From Sandaracinaceae bacterium (lineage in GTDB: Bacteria > Myxococcota_A > Polyangia > Polyangiales > Sandaracinaceae): DNA of 64,000 nt. The stretch is from assembly GCA_044220955.1 (NCBI GenBank), contig JBGAQA010000005.1, positions 9,897 through 73,896 of the forward strand. The letters run 5' to 3'. The translations under genes were made by a program, and so were the position numbers. Below the pieces are notes generated by a model. It was not told the DNA's origin. It did not search any database and worked only from the letters and a program-made list of their open reading frames with translations. Of this stretch, positions 33,653 through 42,845 are shown in pieces. Position 1 is the stretch's first letter; each line of letters begins with the position of its first letter.

Positions 33653-35194
33653 ATGCTCTCGCGCTCCTTGCTTGCTGCGTCCCTGCTCGTCGCGCTCCTG
33701 CCGGGCTGCCCGGTCTCGACGACGGCGACCGACGACACCGGCGCGCTCGACGCAGGCCTCGACGCGAGCGATCACGACGCGGCCGCGCCGCCCGACGCGT
33801 GGTCCACCCCCGACGCGACGCAGCCCTGCCCGACGCCGGGCGCGATCGAGCACCTCCCTTGCGGCCACTGCGGCACGCTCGATCGCTTCTGCACGGCGAC
33901 GAACACGTGGTCGTACGGCACGTGCATGGGCGAGCACGGTACCTGCAATCCTGGCGACAGCGAGGTCGGCGCTTGTGGTCGCTGCGGGCAACAGGCCCGG
34001 TTCTGCGACGCGACTTGCGCCTGGATCCCGATGGGCGCGTGCCTGAACGAGACGGGGAGCTGCGTCCCGGGCACGCGCATGCGCGTCGCGACCGGCTGCC
34101 CCGCGGGCCAGTCACGCATCGACGCCTGCGACGCCACGTGCGCCGTGACGCACGGCCCCTGCGAGATGCTGGAGTGCGACCCGGGCATGCTCTCGGCGCC
34201 CGTGAGCTGTGGCCGCTGCGGCACGATGGTGCGGAGCTGTGACGCGACCGGCCACTGGATGGACGGGACGTGCGCGGGCGAGGGCGAGTGCGCGCCGGGC
34301 GCGACGTCGAGCGTCACGTGCGAGGTGTGCGGCACGCAGCCGAGCACGTGCGACGCGACGTGCCACTGGATGGCGACCGGCGTGTGTACGGGCGGCGTGA
34401 CCTGCGGCGCGCGGCCGGCGGCGAGCTGCGTCGACGCGACGACGCTGCGCACGTACGACGGCGCGCCAGGCTGCATGACGGGCGCGTGCGTGTATCCGCC
34501 GATGGACGTGACCTGCCCCGCCGGCTGCGCGGCGAACGCGTGCGTGGGCGGCGCGACGCTCGTCGCCGGCCTGGGCGGAGCGACGGGCTTCGGCACGGCG
34601 ACGCTGCCCTCGACGGACGACGGCTCGTCGACGGCGCTCGACCTCACCATGCTCGACCCGATGGGCCTCTTCTACTACGGCGCGCGGCGCGCGACGCTCT
34701 TCGTGAACAACAACGGCAACGTCACGTTCGGGGCCGCGCAGTCCATCTACAGCGCGATGATCCCCGGCGCGATGGCGCCGATGATCGCGCCGTTCTGGGC
34801 GGACGTGGACACGGGCGGCGGCGGCCAGCCGGCCCGCAACAACGTGGTGTGGTCGCTCGACACCACGCGCCTCGTCGTGACCTGGGACCACGTCGGCCGC
34901 TACATGCGGCACGACGACCTGCAGAACAGCTTCCAGCTGATCGTCACGCCGCGCCCCGACCGCACATCCGGCGACTTCGACGTCGAGCTCCGCTACGCGC
35001 TCTGCCAGTGGACCAGGGGCGACACGAGCGCCACGCCGGCGACCGCGGGCTTCGACGCCGGCGACAGCACGCGCTCGCTCGTGCTCCCCGGGTCGGGCAC
35101 CCCCGCGGTCCTGAGCCTCTGCACGACCTCGAACGTCGGAACGGCCGGAGTGTGGCGTTACGAGGTCCGCGCCGGAATGCCGGTCTCGCTGTGA
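33653..35194 (+). CDS. Cys-rich repeat lipoprotein with C-terminal nidogen-like (NIDO) domain
   Basis: Lipobox LPGC; CG.CG...C...C.W repeats; VNNNGNVTF, IAPFWADVDT, NSFQL. Confidence 0.85.
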   Translation: MLSRSLLAASLLVALLPGCPVSTTATDDTGALDAGLDASDHDAAAPPDAWSTPDATQPCPTPGAIEHLPCGHCGTLDRFCTATNTWSYGTCMGEHGTCNPGDSEVGACGRCGQQARFCDATCAWIPMGACLNETGSCVPGTRMRVATGCPAGQSRIDACDATCAVTHGPCEMLECDPGMLSAPVSCGRCGTMVRSCDATGHWMDGTCAGEGECAPGATSSVTCEVCGTQPSTCDATCHWMATGVCTGGVTCGARPAASCVDATTLRTYDGAPGCMTGACVYPPMDVTCPAGCAANACVGGATLVAGLGGATGFGTATLPSTDDGSSTALDLTMLDPMGLFYYGARRATLFVNNNGNVTFGAAQSIYSAMIPGAMAPMIAPFWADVDTGGGGQPARNNVVWSLDTTRLVVTWDHVGRYMRHDDLQNSFQLIVTPRPDRTSGDFDVELRYALCQWTRGDTSATPATAGFDAGDSTRSLVLPGSGTPAVLSLCTTSNVGTAGVWRYEVRAGMPVSL

Positions 35195-35238
35195 GCAACA
35201 CGAGAGCCGGACGAAGAACGCCGAACGAAAGAAGAGTC

Positions 35239-37092
35239 ATGACGCCAAGCGCAGCTCGAACACTGCTCACCTCGATGTTGCTCGTCGCGATCGGCTGTGG
35301 GCCCGCGCCCGCTCCCGTCGACGCGGGGAGCACGAGCGACACCGGCACGGCGACCGACGCGGCCCCCGACGCCGGCGCCGACGCGCCTACCGAGCCGGAC
35401 GCAGGCGCGGTCGCGCCGATCTTCCGCAACGCGGTCGCGCTCGACGACGCGACCCTCGCCCACGACGCGCTCCGGCTGATGGGCGCCTCGCAGGCCGGCG
35501 GCTCCGGCAGCTGCCACGACTGCCACGCGATCTCGCGCCCGAACATCGCCCACTTCCTCGATCTCACGACGACCGCGTGGTCGACGTGCTTCTCGGACCT
35601 CGAGGTGCGCACGCCGGCGGCGGCGCAGCGCATCGTCGCCTGCTTCGAGGACGGCGCCTCGCACATGTTCCACACGGGCAACCTCGGCGTGTTCGCGACG
35701 GGCGCGACCTTCGACTGGTTCCGCTTCGTGTTCCAGCGCGCGTACGGGGCGGGCTGGGAGACCGAGTACGCGCGCTTCGTGAACCGCGTGCAGCAGTCGC
35801 CCGCGCCCTACCCCGCGCTCACGCAGGCGGAGTTCGACCTCTTGACGGAGTGGTTCCTGCGCGGCACGCCGCAGGTGAACGCGATCATCCCGCCCATGGA
35901 CGGCCCGGGCGAGTGCCACTCGTACGTCGACCCCGAGGTCGCCACGATCGCCGCGCGCGGCGCAACGACCGGCTGGAGCGCGCGCAACGCGTCGGCCGGC
36001 ATCCTGATGCACGGCTGCGCCGGCGCGGCCACGGCAGCCGACTGCCTGGCGTCGTACCCGCGCGTGACGACCACGAGCTACGGCGCCATGTGGGAGACGC
36101 CCGGCACCCACCAGCGCGTGCTCTTCGACGTGCCCTACGCGTCGAGCTTCTGGACGCGCAGCTCCGCCGACGGCCGCTTCGTCGCCCACGGCGGCGGCAC
36201 GGGCGGCGGCGGCGCATCGATCATCGATCTGGTCCGCAGGCTCGCGATCCCGACGTCGGCCGCGTACGACCCGGGCTTCTTTCCCGACAACAGCGGCTTC
36301 ATGTTCCAGGGCACGCCCTTCGGTGCCGCGCTCTGCGAGCAGAGCGTGCTCGTGACCGGCATGCCCACCGCGATCACGTTCTCGGAGGCGGGCTGCACGC
36401 ACCCCTCGGCCATCGGCCTCTACCAGCACGTCGGAGCGTCGCTCGACGGCGGCGACTACTTCGTCGTGAACTCGCTCTGGTCGGGCGACCCGGGCGGAAG
36501 CCTCACGGATCCGCAGGTCTTCACCGATCCGACCGCGATGGTGACGCTCTTCCGCTTGACCAACACCGGCTCCGGCTTCGCCGACGGCGGCAGCGTGCAG
36601 GTCCCCGCGCCCTACCAGGGCAACGCGGTCATCTCGCCCACGATGCGCACGTTGGTGACGCAGCTCGCCGACGTGAGCGGCGCGCCGCTCGGGTACGTGC
36701 TGCATCGGATCGACCTCGTGCGGGACGCGGGCGGCCGCGTCACGAGCGCGTCGACGGCCGAGCTCGCGCGCTACTGCGTGCCGGGCGGCAAGGCGGCCTT
36801 CTCGCTCGACGATCGCTGGCTCGTCACCCACCACCGCGCGACGGACGCGGACGCGGTGGACCTCGGCTTCACCGGCCCCACGGATCCGCTGTTCGCGCCC
36901 TACCGCGGCGTGTCCAACGTGTACCTGATCGACCTCGTCACGGGGCACGAGACCCGCATCACGAACATGCAGCCGGGGCAGCAGGCGCTCTTCCCGCACT
37001 TCCGCTCGGACGGGTGGATCTACTTCCTCGCGCGCACGGGCGGCGTGCCCGAGCACGTGATCGCGACGGACGCCGCGCTGACGCTGCCCTGA
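35239..37092 (+). CDS. Lipoprotein with one CxxCH motif and a TolB-like beta-propeller C-terminus
   Basis: Lipobox AIGC, CHDCH, SADGRFVA, FSLDDRWL, FPHFRSDGWIYF. Confidence 0.7.
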   Translation: MTPSAARTLLTSMLLVAIGCGPAPAPVDAGSTSDTGTATDAAPDAGADAPTEPDAGAVAPIFRNAVALDDATLAHDALRLMGASQAGGSGSCHDCHAISRPNIAHFLDLTTTAWSTCFSDLEVRTPAAAQRIVACFEDGASHMFHTGNLGVFATGATFDWFRFVFQRAYGAGWETEYARFVNRVQQSPAPYPALTQAEFDLLTEWFLRGTPQVNAIIPPMDGPGECHSYVDPEVATIAARGATTGWSARNASAGILMHGCAGAATAADCLASYPRVTTTSYGAMWETPGTHQRVLFDVPYASSFWTRSSADGRFVAHGGGTGGGGASIIDLVRRLAIPTSAAYDPGFFPDNSGFMFQGTPFGAALCEQSVLVTGMPTAITFSEAGCTHPSAIGLYQHVGASLDGGDYFVVNSLWSGDPGGSLTDPQVFTDPTAMVTLFRLTNTGSGFADGGSVQVPAPYQGNAVISPTMRTLVTQLADVSGAPLGYVLHRIDLVRDAGGRVTSASTAELARYCVPGGKAAFSLDDRWLVTHHRATDADAVDLGFTGPTDPLFAPYRGVSNVYLIDLVTGHETRITNMQPGQQALFPHFRSDGWIYFLARTGGVPEHVIATDAALTLP

Positions 37093-37217
37093 CGCGGCTG
37101 CCGGCGCCGCCACCTCGAGGCCGCCCGGTCGATGGACGGATCGCAGGGAAGCCGCGCGCCTGCCCATCCTGATCGCGAAGCGTGACAGCGCCGCGCGGGT
37201 CGCCGACAATCCCCTCG

Positions 37218-38159
37218 ATGGCCGGTGTGCTGTATCACGTGCTCGTCGTGGACGACGAGTCGGCGAACGTCCAGATCCTGACGCGCAACCTCTCCCAGAA
37301 CGGCTATCGCGTCACCGGCGCGAGCTCAGGTCCGGAGGCGCTCGAGGCCGTCAAGGCGTCCCTGCCCGACCTCGTCGTGCTCGACGTCTTCATGCCGAAG
37401 GTCAGCGGCTTCGACGTGCTGAGCGCGCTGCGAGCCAACGAGGCGACGGCCACGATGCCCGTGATCATCGCGTCGGCGCTGGCCGACACCGAGCACATCG
37501 TGCGCGGACTGAACGCGGGCGCGAACGACTACGTCACCAAGCCCTTCGTGATGCCCGTGCTCTTCGCCCGCGTGGCGGCGCTACTGCGCGCGAGCGAGAT
37601 GGTCAAGCGGCTGGAAGTGCAGACCGAGATCCTCTCCAGGATGGCTGCGTACGACGAGCTCACCGGGCTCTTCAACCGTCGGTCGCTCTTCCACACCCTC
37701 GAGACCGAGGTCAGCCGGGGCAAGCGCTACCGGCGCGAGCTCTCGCTGCTGATGCTCGACCTCGACGCCTTCAAGCGCGTGAACGACACGTACGGCCACC
37801 CGGCGGGTGACCAGGTACTTCGCGAATTCGCGCGCCGGATGCGAAGCGTGCTCCGGACGATGGATGCGGCCTGTCGGTACGGAGGCGAGGAGTTCTGCGC
37901 GATCCTGCCGGAGACGAGCGCCGCGGGAGCGATGACGGCCGCCGAGCGCATCCGCTCCACGTGTGCGGCGGCACCCTTCGAGACGACGGCCGGCGCGATC
38001 CCGCTGACGGTCTCGATCGGAGTGGCGACCGCCGCGCCGAGCGTCGCGGGCACGGCGAACGACCTGCTCGGCCAGGCCGACAACGCCCTGCTCCGCGCGA
38101 AGCGAGGCGGCCGCAACCGGGTGGAGCACTTCGGAACGACCCCCGCCGAACCGGTCTGA
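37218..38159 (+). CDS. Response regulator diguanylate cyclase (REC-GGDEF, WspR-like)
   Basis: VLVVDDE, DVFMP, DYVTKPF; RxxD I-site (RTMD); GGEEF. Confidence 0.93.
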   Translation: MAGVLYHVLVVDDESANVQILTRNLSQNGYRVTGASSGPEALEAVKASLPDLVVLDVFMPKVSGFDVLSALRANEATATMPVIIASALADTEHIVRGLNAGANDYVTKPFVMPVLFARVAALLRASEMVKRLEVQTEILSRMAAYDELTGLFNRRSLFHTLETEVSRGKRYRRELSLLMLDLDAFKRVNDTYGHPAGDQVLREFARRMRSVLRTMDAACRYGGEEFCAILPETSAAGAMTAAERIRSTCAAAPFETTAGAIPLTVSIGVATAAPSVAGTANDLLGQADNALLRAKRGGRNRVEHFGTTPAEPV

Positions 38160-38193
38160 GCGAGCCCCGCCGGCCTCTCACCCGCCCGGGCGT

Positions 38194-39336
38194 TCACGGC
38201 CACGGGCAGCCGTGCGGACAGCCGTTGGCCGTCTCGTCCAGCGACGCGATCCAGTCCGAGAGGACGCGGACGCCTTCGGCGTCGACGACGCTCGTACCGA
38301 TCGGGGGCATCTGATCCATCGGGGCCCGGCTGCCCATGCGCAGTACCGAGACGCTGAGGTCCGGATGGTGCGGCGCGATGCGCAGGTTCGCGAGCGCGCC
38401 CGTGGGGAGCGTCCGCGTCCACACGGAGCAGCCGCACACGGCGCTCGTCCACGTCGCGGTCGCCATCGGGTCGGTCGCACCGACGCGCAGCCAGAGGTCC
38501 AGCCCGTGCTCGGGCGCGGGCCCGCCGTGGCAGTTGCCGCAGTTCGCGTGCAGATATCCGAGCGCGGCGCGCGTCGTCGGGTCGCCTGGCACCTGCGCGC
38601 TCGACGGGTCGATCGACGTCGTGAGCAGGCCCTCCGCCCCGAGCGTCGCGAGCGTCACTCCGGCCTCGTCGTGCGCGAGCTGGATCGCAGAGAAGCCCAC
38701 GATGACGTCGTCCTGCGCGATGGAGTGGCAGCGGACGCACTCGGCGCGGCTCGGGACCTCGTGCCCCGTGCCGTGCACGTCGGCCTCGCCGAAGGGGCTC
38801 GCCGGCCTGACCGAGCGCTGGTCGATGGCCCACACGTACGACGTCATCGTCCAGCTGCTTGTGCCGCGCGGGGCGGCGGTCTTCTCGAGCACGCGCGTCT
38901 CGATCCGCACGCCGCCGATCGAGAACGTCTTGTACAGGCGGGTGCCGACGGGGAATCCCCAGCGGTCGGGATCGCTCGAGTCGATGGTCGCGCCCGCGGG
39001 CAGGTAGACGAACCGCTCCTTGTCCGCACCGTCGGACCAGAGACCGTAGCGCGGGTGGTAGGGGCGAACGCCAGGCGCGAGCGTCGTGCACTCGTCTCCG
39101 ACGTAGAGCCCCGGCGGACCGACGCACGGCGGTCCGGCGTCGCGCCCAGCGTCGTCGCTCGCGTCGCGACCGGCGTCCGAGAGGGCCGCGTCCGTCCCCG
39201 CGTCGTGCCCGGCCTCCGGAGGCGGCGAGGCGTCGCGGCCGGCGTCCGCAGGCGCCCCCGCGTCGGGCGCCGGCGACGCGGGCGCGCACGAAGCGGCGAG
39301 CACGAGGACCAGGACGGCGGCGAGGGCGCGCTGCAT
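38194..39336 (-). CDS. Lipoprotein c-type cytochrome domain protein with two CxxCH motifs
   Basis: LWSDGADKER, FPVGT, CVRCH, YLHANCGNCH, QMPP. Confidence 0.8.
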   Translation of the reverse strand: MQRALAAVLVLVLAASCAPASPAPDAGAPADAGRDASPPPEAGHDAGTDAALSDAGRDASDDAGRDAGPPCVGPPGLYVGDECTTLAPGVRPYHPRYGLWSDGADKERFVYLPAGATIDSSDPDRWGFPVGTRLYKTFSIGGVRIETRVLEKTAAPRGTSSWTMTSYVWAIDQRSVRPASPFGEADVHGTGHEVPSRAECVRCHSIAQDDVIVGFSAIQLAHDEAGVTLATLGAEGLLTTSIDPSSAQVPGDPTTRAALGYLHANCGNCHGGPAPEHGLDLWLRVGATDPMATATWTSAVCGCSVWTRTLPTGALANLRIAPHHPDLSVSVLRMGSRAPMDQMPPIGTSVVDAEGVRVLSDWIASLDETANGCPHGCPWP

Positions 39337-39386
39337 CGTCGAGCATTGTAGCCGAGCCTCGCGCGGGCTCGCGTACACTCGATCGG

Positions 39387-40091
39387 ATGAGCGAAGCGCC
39401 GGCACGAGCCGCCGACCCGCGCCGGGAGGTGCAGCGGCGCCTCGCGCGGGTCCAAGCGGGGACGGGCGTGGTCTTCGCGACCTTCCTCGCGCTGCACCTC
39501 GTCAACACGATGCTCGGCGCGCTCGGTCCCGCCGTCTACGACGGAGTCCAGCGGGTGCTCCGCCTCTACTACCAGCTCCTTCCCGTCGAGGTGGTCATCG
39601 TCGCGTCGGGCACCGTGCACTTCGTCGTCGGCATCGTGCGGATCGCGCTCGGACGTCCGGCGGCGACGAACCTGCGCGCGAGAGCCCATCGCTACGCGGG
39701 CTACACGCTCGTGCTCTTCTTCTTCGGCCACGTGATCGCGACGCGCGCTCCCTCGTTCCTCGGCGTCGGGCCCTCGCTCGGCTTCGCCGGGCTCACGTAC
39801 TCGGAGGCGTACCTGCCCGCGTTCTTCTTCCCGTACTACGTGCTGCTCGGGATCGCGGGCCTCCATCACCTGCTGCAGGGGCTGCTCGTCGCGGCGGGCG
39901 TGCTCGGGTGGCGCATCCCCGCGGTGCTGACGCGTCCACGCGTACTGCGGCCGGTGGTCGGCATCGGCTCGGTGCTGATCGTGGTCGCGGTGCTCGCGTT
40001 CGCAGGCGCGCTGTTCCCGATCCACGACCCGATGGACAACGACTTCGCGCGCTTCGCGAGCGCGCTCGTCGCCCGGTACCTCGGCCGGTGA
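39387..40091 (+). CDS. Integral membrane protein with intramembrane His residues (cytochrome b-like)
   Basis: About 5 TM helices; FLALHLVNT, VHF, FFGHVIATR, LHHLLQG. Confidence 0.7.
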   Translation: MSEAPARAADPRREVQRRLARVQAGTGVVFATFLALHLVNTMLGALGPAVYDGVQRVLRLYYQLLPVEVVIVASGTVHFVVGIVRIALGRPAATNLRARAHRYAGYTLVLFFFGHVIATRAPSFLGVGPSLGFAGLTYSEAYLPAFFFPYYVLLGIAGLHHLLQGLLVAAGVLGWRIPAVLTRPRVLRPVVGIGSVLIVVAVLAFAGALFPIHDPMDNDFARFASALVARYLGR

Positions 40092-40134
40092 CGGAGAGCC
40101 GGGCGCGGGCGGCCCTTCCGCGTACACTCGGCCC

Positions 40135-41814
40135 ATGCGCACGGCCTCACGCAAGATCGGTCGCTCCTACAAGCAGGAGCGCCCCGGGGGGCGCTGGGAC
40201 GCGATCGTGGTCGGCTCCGGGCTGGGCGGCCTCACCAGCGCCGCGCTCCTCGCCAAGCACGCGGGCAAGCGCGTGCTCGTGCTCGAGCGGCACTCCACCG
40301 CGGGCGGCTTCACGCACACGTTCAAGCGCCCCGGCTTCGAGTGGGACGTCGGCGTGCACTACATCGGGCAGTGCGAGCCCGGCTCGCTCGTACGCGCTCT
40401 CTTCGACGAGATCTCCGGCGGCGAGCTCGCCTGGGCCAAGATGCCGGACGTCTACGACCGCGTCGTCCTCGGCCGCGAGAGCTTCGATCTCGTCGCGGGC
40501 GGCCGACGCTTCGTCGAGACGCTCGCCGCGCGCTTCCCCGGCCAGCGCCTCGCGATCGAGAGGTACCTCCGCGAGGTGATCCGCTCGACCCGCGGGGGCA
40601 CATCCTTCTTCGTCGATCGGGCCCTGCCCGCGCGCCTCTCGCGGCTCGTCGGCCCGCTCCTGCGTGCGCCCCTGCACCGCGCGTCGGCACGCACGGTGGA
40701 AGAGGTCGTCCGCCCCATCGTCGGCGACACGCGGCTCTACGACGTGCTCACGGCGCAGATGGGCGACTATGGCCTGCTCCCGCGCGATGCGAGCTTCGCG
40801 ATCCACGCGATGGTCGTCGGCCACTACCTCGGCGGCGGCTACTACCCGGTGGGCGGCAGTGCCCGCATCGCCGAGACGGTCTCCGAGACGATCGAGCGCG
40901 AGGGCGGCGAGATCTTCGTCGCCGCCGAGGTCGAGCGCATCCTCGTGGAGGGCGGGCGCGCGACCGGCGTGCGGATGATCGACGGCGGGGAGCTGCGCGC
41001 GCCCATCGTGATCAGCGACGCCGGCGCGCCGAACACGTACCTGCGGCTGCTCGAGCCGGGTGTCGCCGAGCCCACGGGCCTCCCGGCGAAGCTCCGCGCG
41101 ATCGGTCCGTCCGCCTCGCACCTCTCTCTCTACCTCGGGCTCGACAAGGCCGACGAGGCGCTCGGCCTGACTGGCACGAACCTGTGGATCTACCCCGAGC
41201 CCGATCGCGAGCGCGCGTTCGAGCGCTTCATGGCCGACGCGAGCGCGCCGATCCCGCTCGTGTACGCGTCGTTCCCCTCGTCGAAGGACCCCACGTTCGC
41301 CGCGCGGCACCCCGGCAAGTCCACCGTGGAGCTCGTCACGATCGCCAACGTGGAGTGGCTGCGGAAGTTCCAGGACACGCGCTGGAAGAAGCGCGGCCCG
41401 GAGTACGACGCGTGGAAGGCGCGCATGAGCGAGCGCCTGCTCGACATCGCGCTCGAGCACCGCCCCTCGCTCCGCGGCCACGTCGTGCACGCCGAGCTCT
41501 CGACGCCGCTCTCGACGCGGCACTTCACGGCGCATCCGGACGGCGAGATCTACGGCCTCTCGCACACCCCCGCGCGCTTCCGCCTCCCGCTCCGCGCGCA
41601 GACCCCCGTCCCGGGCCTCTTCCTCACCGGACAAGACCTCGTCACGTGCGGCGTCGCCGGTGCTCTCTTCGGCGGAGCCATCACCGCAGCCGCGGTGCTG
41701 CGCGGCTCGCTCGTCTCGAGCCTCGCGCGGCGAGCTCTCGGTCGCGAGCGGCCCGCATCACGAGCGACGCCCCCGGCACCCGCCCCGCGCCCGGCCGCGG
41801 AAGAGCGCGCCTGA
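40135..41814 (+). CDS. Phytoene desaturase/all-trans-retinol 13,14-reductase family FAD oxidoreductase
   Basis: GSGLGG, GGFTHTF...WDVGVHYIG, STPLST, GEIYGL, LTGQD. Confidence 0.9.
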   Translation: MRTASRKIGRSYKQERPGGRWDAIVVGSGLGGLTSAALLAKHAGKRVLVLERHSTAGGFTHTFKRPGFEWDVGVHYIGQCEPGSLVRALFDEISGGELAWAKMPDVYDRVVLGRESFDLVAGGRRFVETLAARFPGQRLAIERYLREVIRSTRGGTSFFVDRALPARLSRLVGPLLRAPLHRASARTVEEVVRPIVGDTRLYDVLTAQMGDYGLLPRDASFAIHAMVVGHYLGGGYYPVGGSARIAETVSETIEREGGEIFVAAEVERILVEGGRATGVRMIDGGELRAPIVISDAGAPNTYLRLLEPGVAEPTGLPAKLRAIGPSASHLSLYLGLDKADEALGLTGTNLWIYPEPDRERAFERFMADASAPIPLVYASFPSSKDPTFAARHPGKSTVELVTIANVEWLRKFQDTRWKKRGPEYDAWKARMSERLLDIALEHRPSLRGHVVHAELSTPLSTRHFTAHPDGEIYGLSHTPARFRLPLRAQTPVPGLFLTGQDLVTCGVAGALFGGAITAAAVLRGSLVSSLARRALGRERPASRATPPAPAPRPAAEERA

Positions 41815-41859
41815 CCCCTCGCCGCTCCGCGAGCCCGAGAGCGAAGCGCTGCGCCGGGC

Positions 41860-42753
41860 TCAGCGCGCGGCGAGCCCGGCGCGGCTCAGCCGCTCGATCA
41901 CGTCCGCGAGCCGGGCCGCCGGCACGCTGACGCGGGTGGGCATCCCGCCCTGCAGCTCGAGCATGCGGAGCAGATCGATCCCCGAGTCGAAGCGCGCGGC
42001 CAGCGTGATCGTCGAGTCGTCGTGAACGAGAGCGACCCGGGCGCGCTCCTGCCCGAGGAGGAGCAGCACCGTCTTGTCGTAGGTGAGCGTGTTCCCTCGG
42101 ACGTCGCAGATCGCCGTGTCGCCGCGCAGCTCGTAGCGCTTCGCGAGCGTTCGCGCGTTGTCCTCCATCACGCGCACGGCGTCGGCGATCGTCTCGAGCT
42201 CACGGAAGAGCGTCGCGTCCTCGGCGCCAGTCGCGAAGTAGCGCACGACCAGGCCCTTGAGCGCGTCGTCGTGCATCCGCGCGCGCAACGCGCGATCGAT
42301 CACCTGGGCCCGCGGGCTCGGCGTCCCCATGCGCGTGTCGATGGCGCGCGCGTCGGCGTCGGCCCCTTCGTAGGGCTCGCGACCGCCGCGCACCCACTTC
42401 GCCGCCGACGCGAGTCCGTCGAAGTCGCCGTGACAGAGGATCGTGTCGACCTCACCGGCCCGCAGGACGAGCGCCTCGTCGATCATCTCCGGGCAGGCGC
42501 CGTGCTCCGCCTTCGTCGCGAGCACGAAGCGCGGGTCCTTCGAGTACGTGGCGTGCAGCGCGTGGTCGTGGTGGTCGACCCACATCGCGAGGCGCGCTCC
42601 GAGCCCGTCGATCAGCTTCTTGGTGACCTTCTCGAAGCTCGTGCCGGTTCCCTCTGCGGCGAATGCGATGTCGAGCACCACGACGCGCCCCCCGAGCTCG
42701 TTCGCTCGAGGGAGCTTGCGGGGCGTTCCGAACGCGAGCCGGGGAAAGCGCAT
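41860..42753 (-). CDS. DHH-family phosphoesterase-like protein
   Basis: WVDHHDH, HGDFDGLASA. Confidence 0.7.
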   Translation of the reverse strand: MRFPRLAFGTPRKLPRANELGGRVVVLDIAFAAEGTGTSFEKVTKKLIDGLGARLAMWVDHHDHALHATYSKDPRFVLATKAEHGACPEMIDEALVLRAGEVDTILCHGDFDGLASAAKWVRGGREPYEGADADARAIDTRMGTPSPRAQVIDRALRARMHDDALKGLVVRYFATGAEDATLFRELETIADAVRVMEDNARTLAKRYELRGDTAICDVRGNTLTYDKTVLLLLGQERARVALVHDDSTITLAARFDSGIDLLRMLELQGGMPTRVSVPAARLADVIERLSRAGLAAR

Positions 42754-42845
42754 GACGCGTCACTGTCGGACGGGCGCGCAGCACGCGCAACCGCTCGTTT
42801 CGCCTCGTGTGACGTGTTAGGCCTGGCGCCCTCAGGAGGGTGGAC

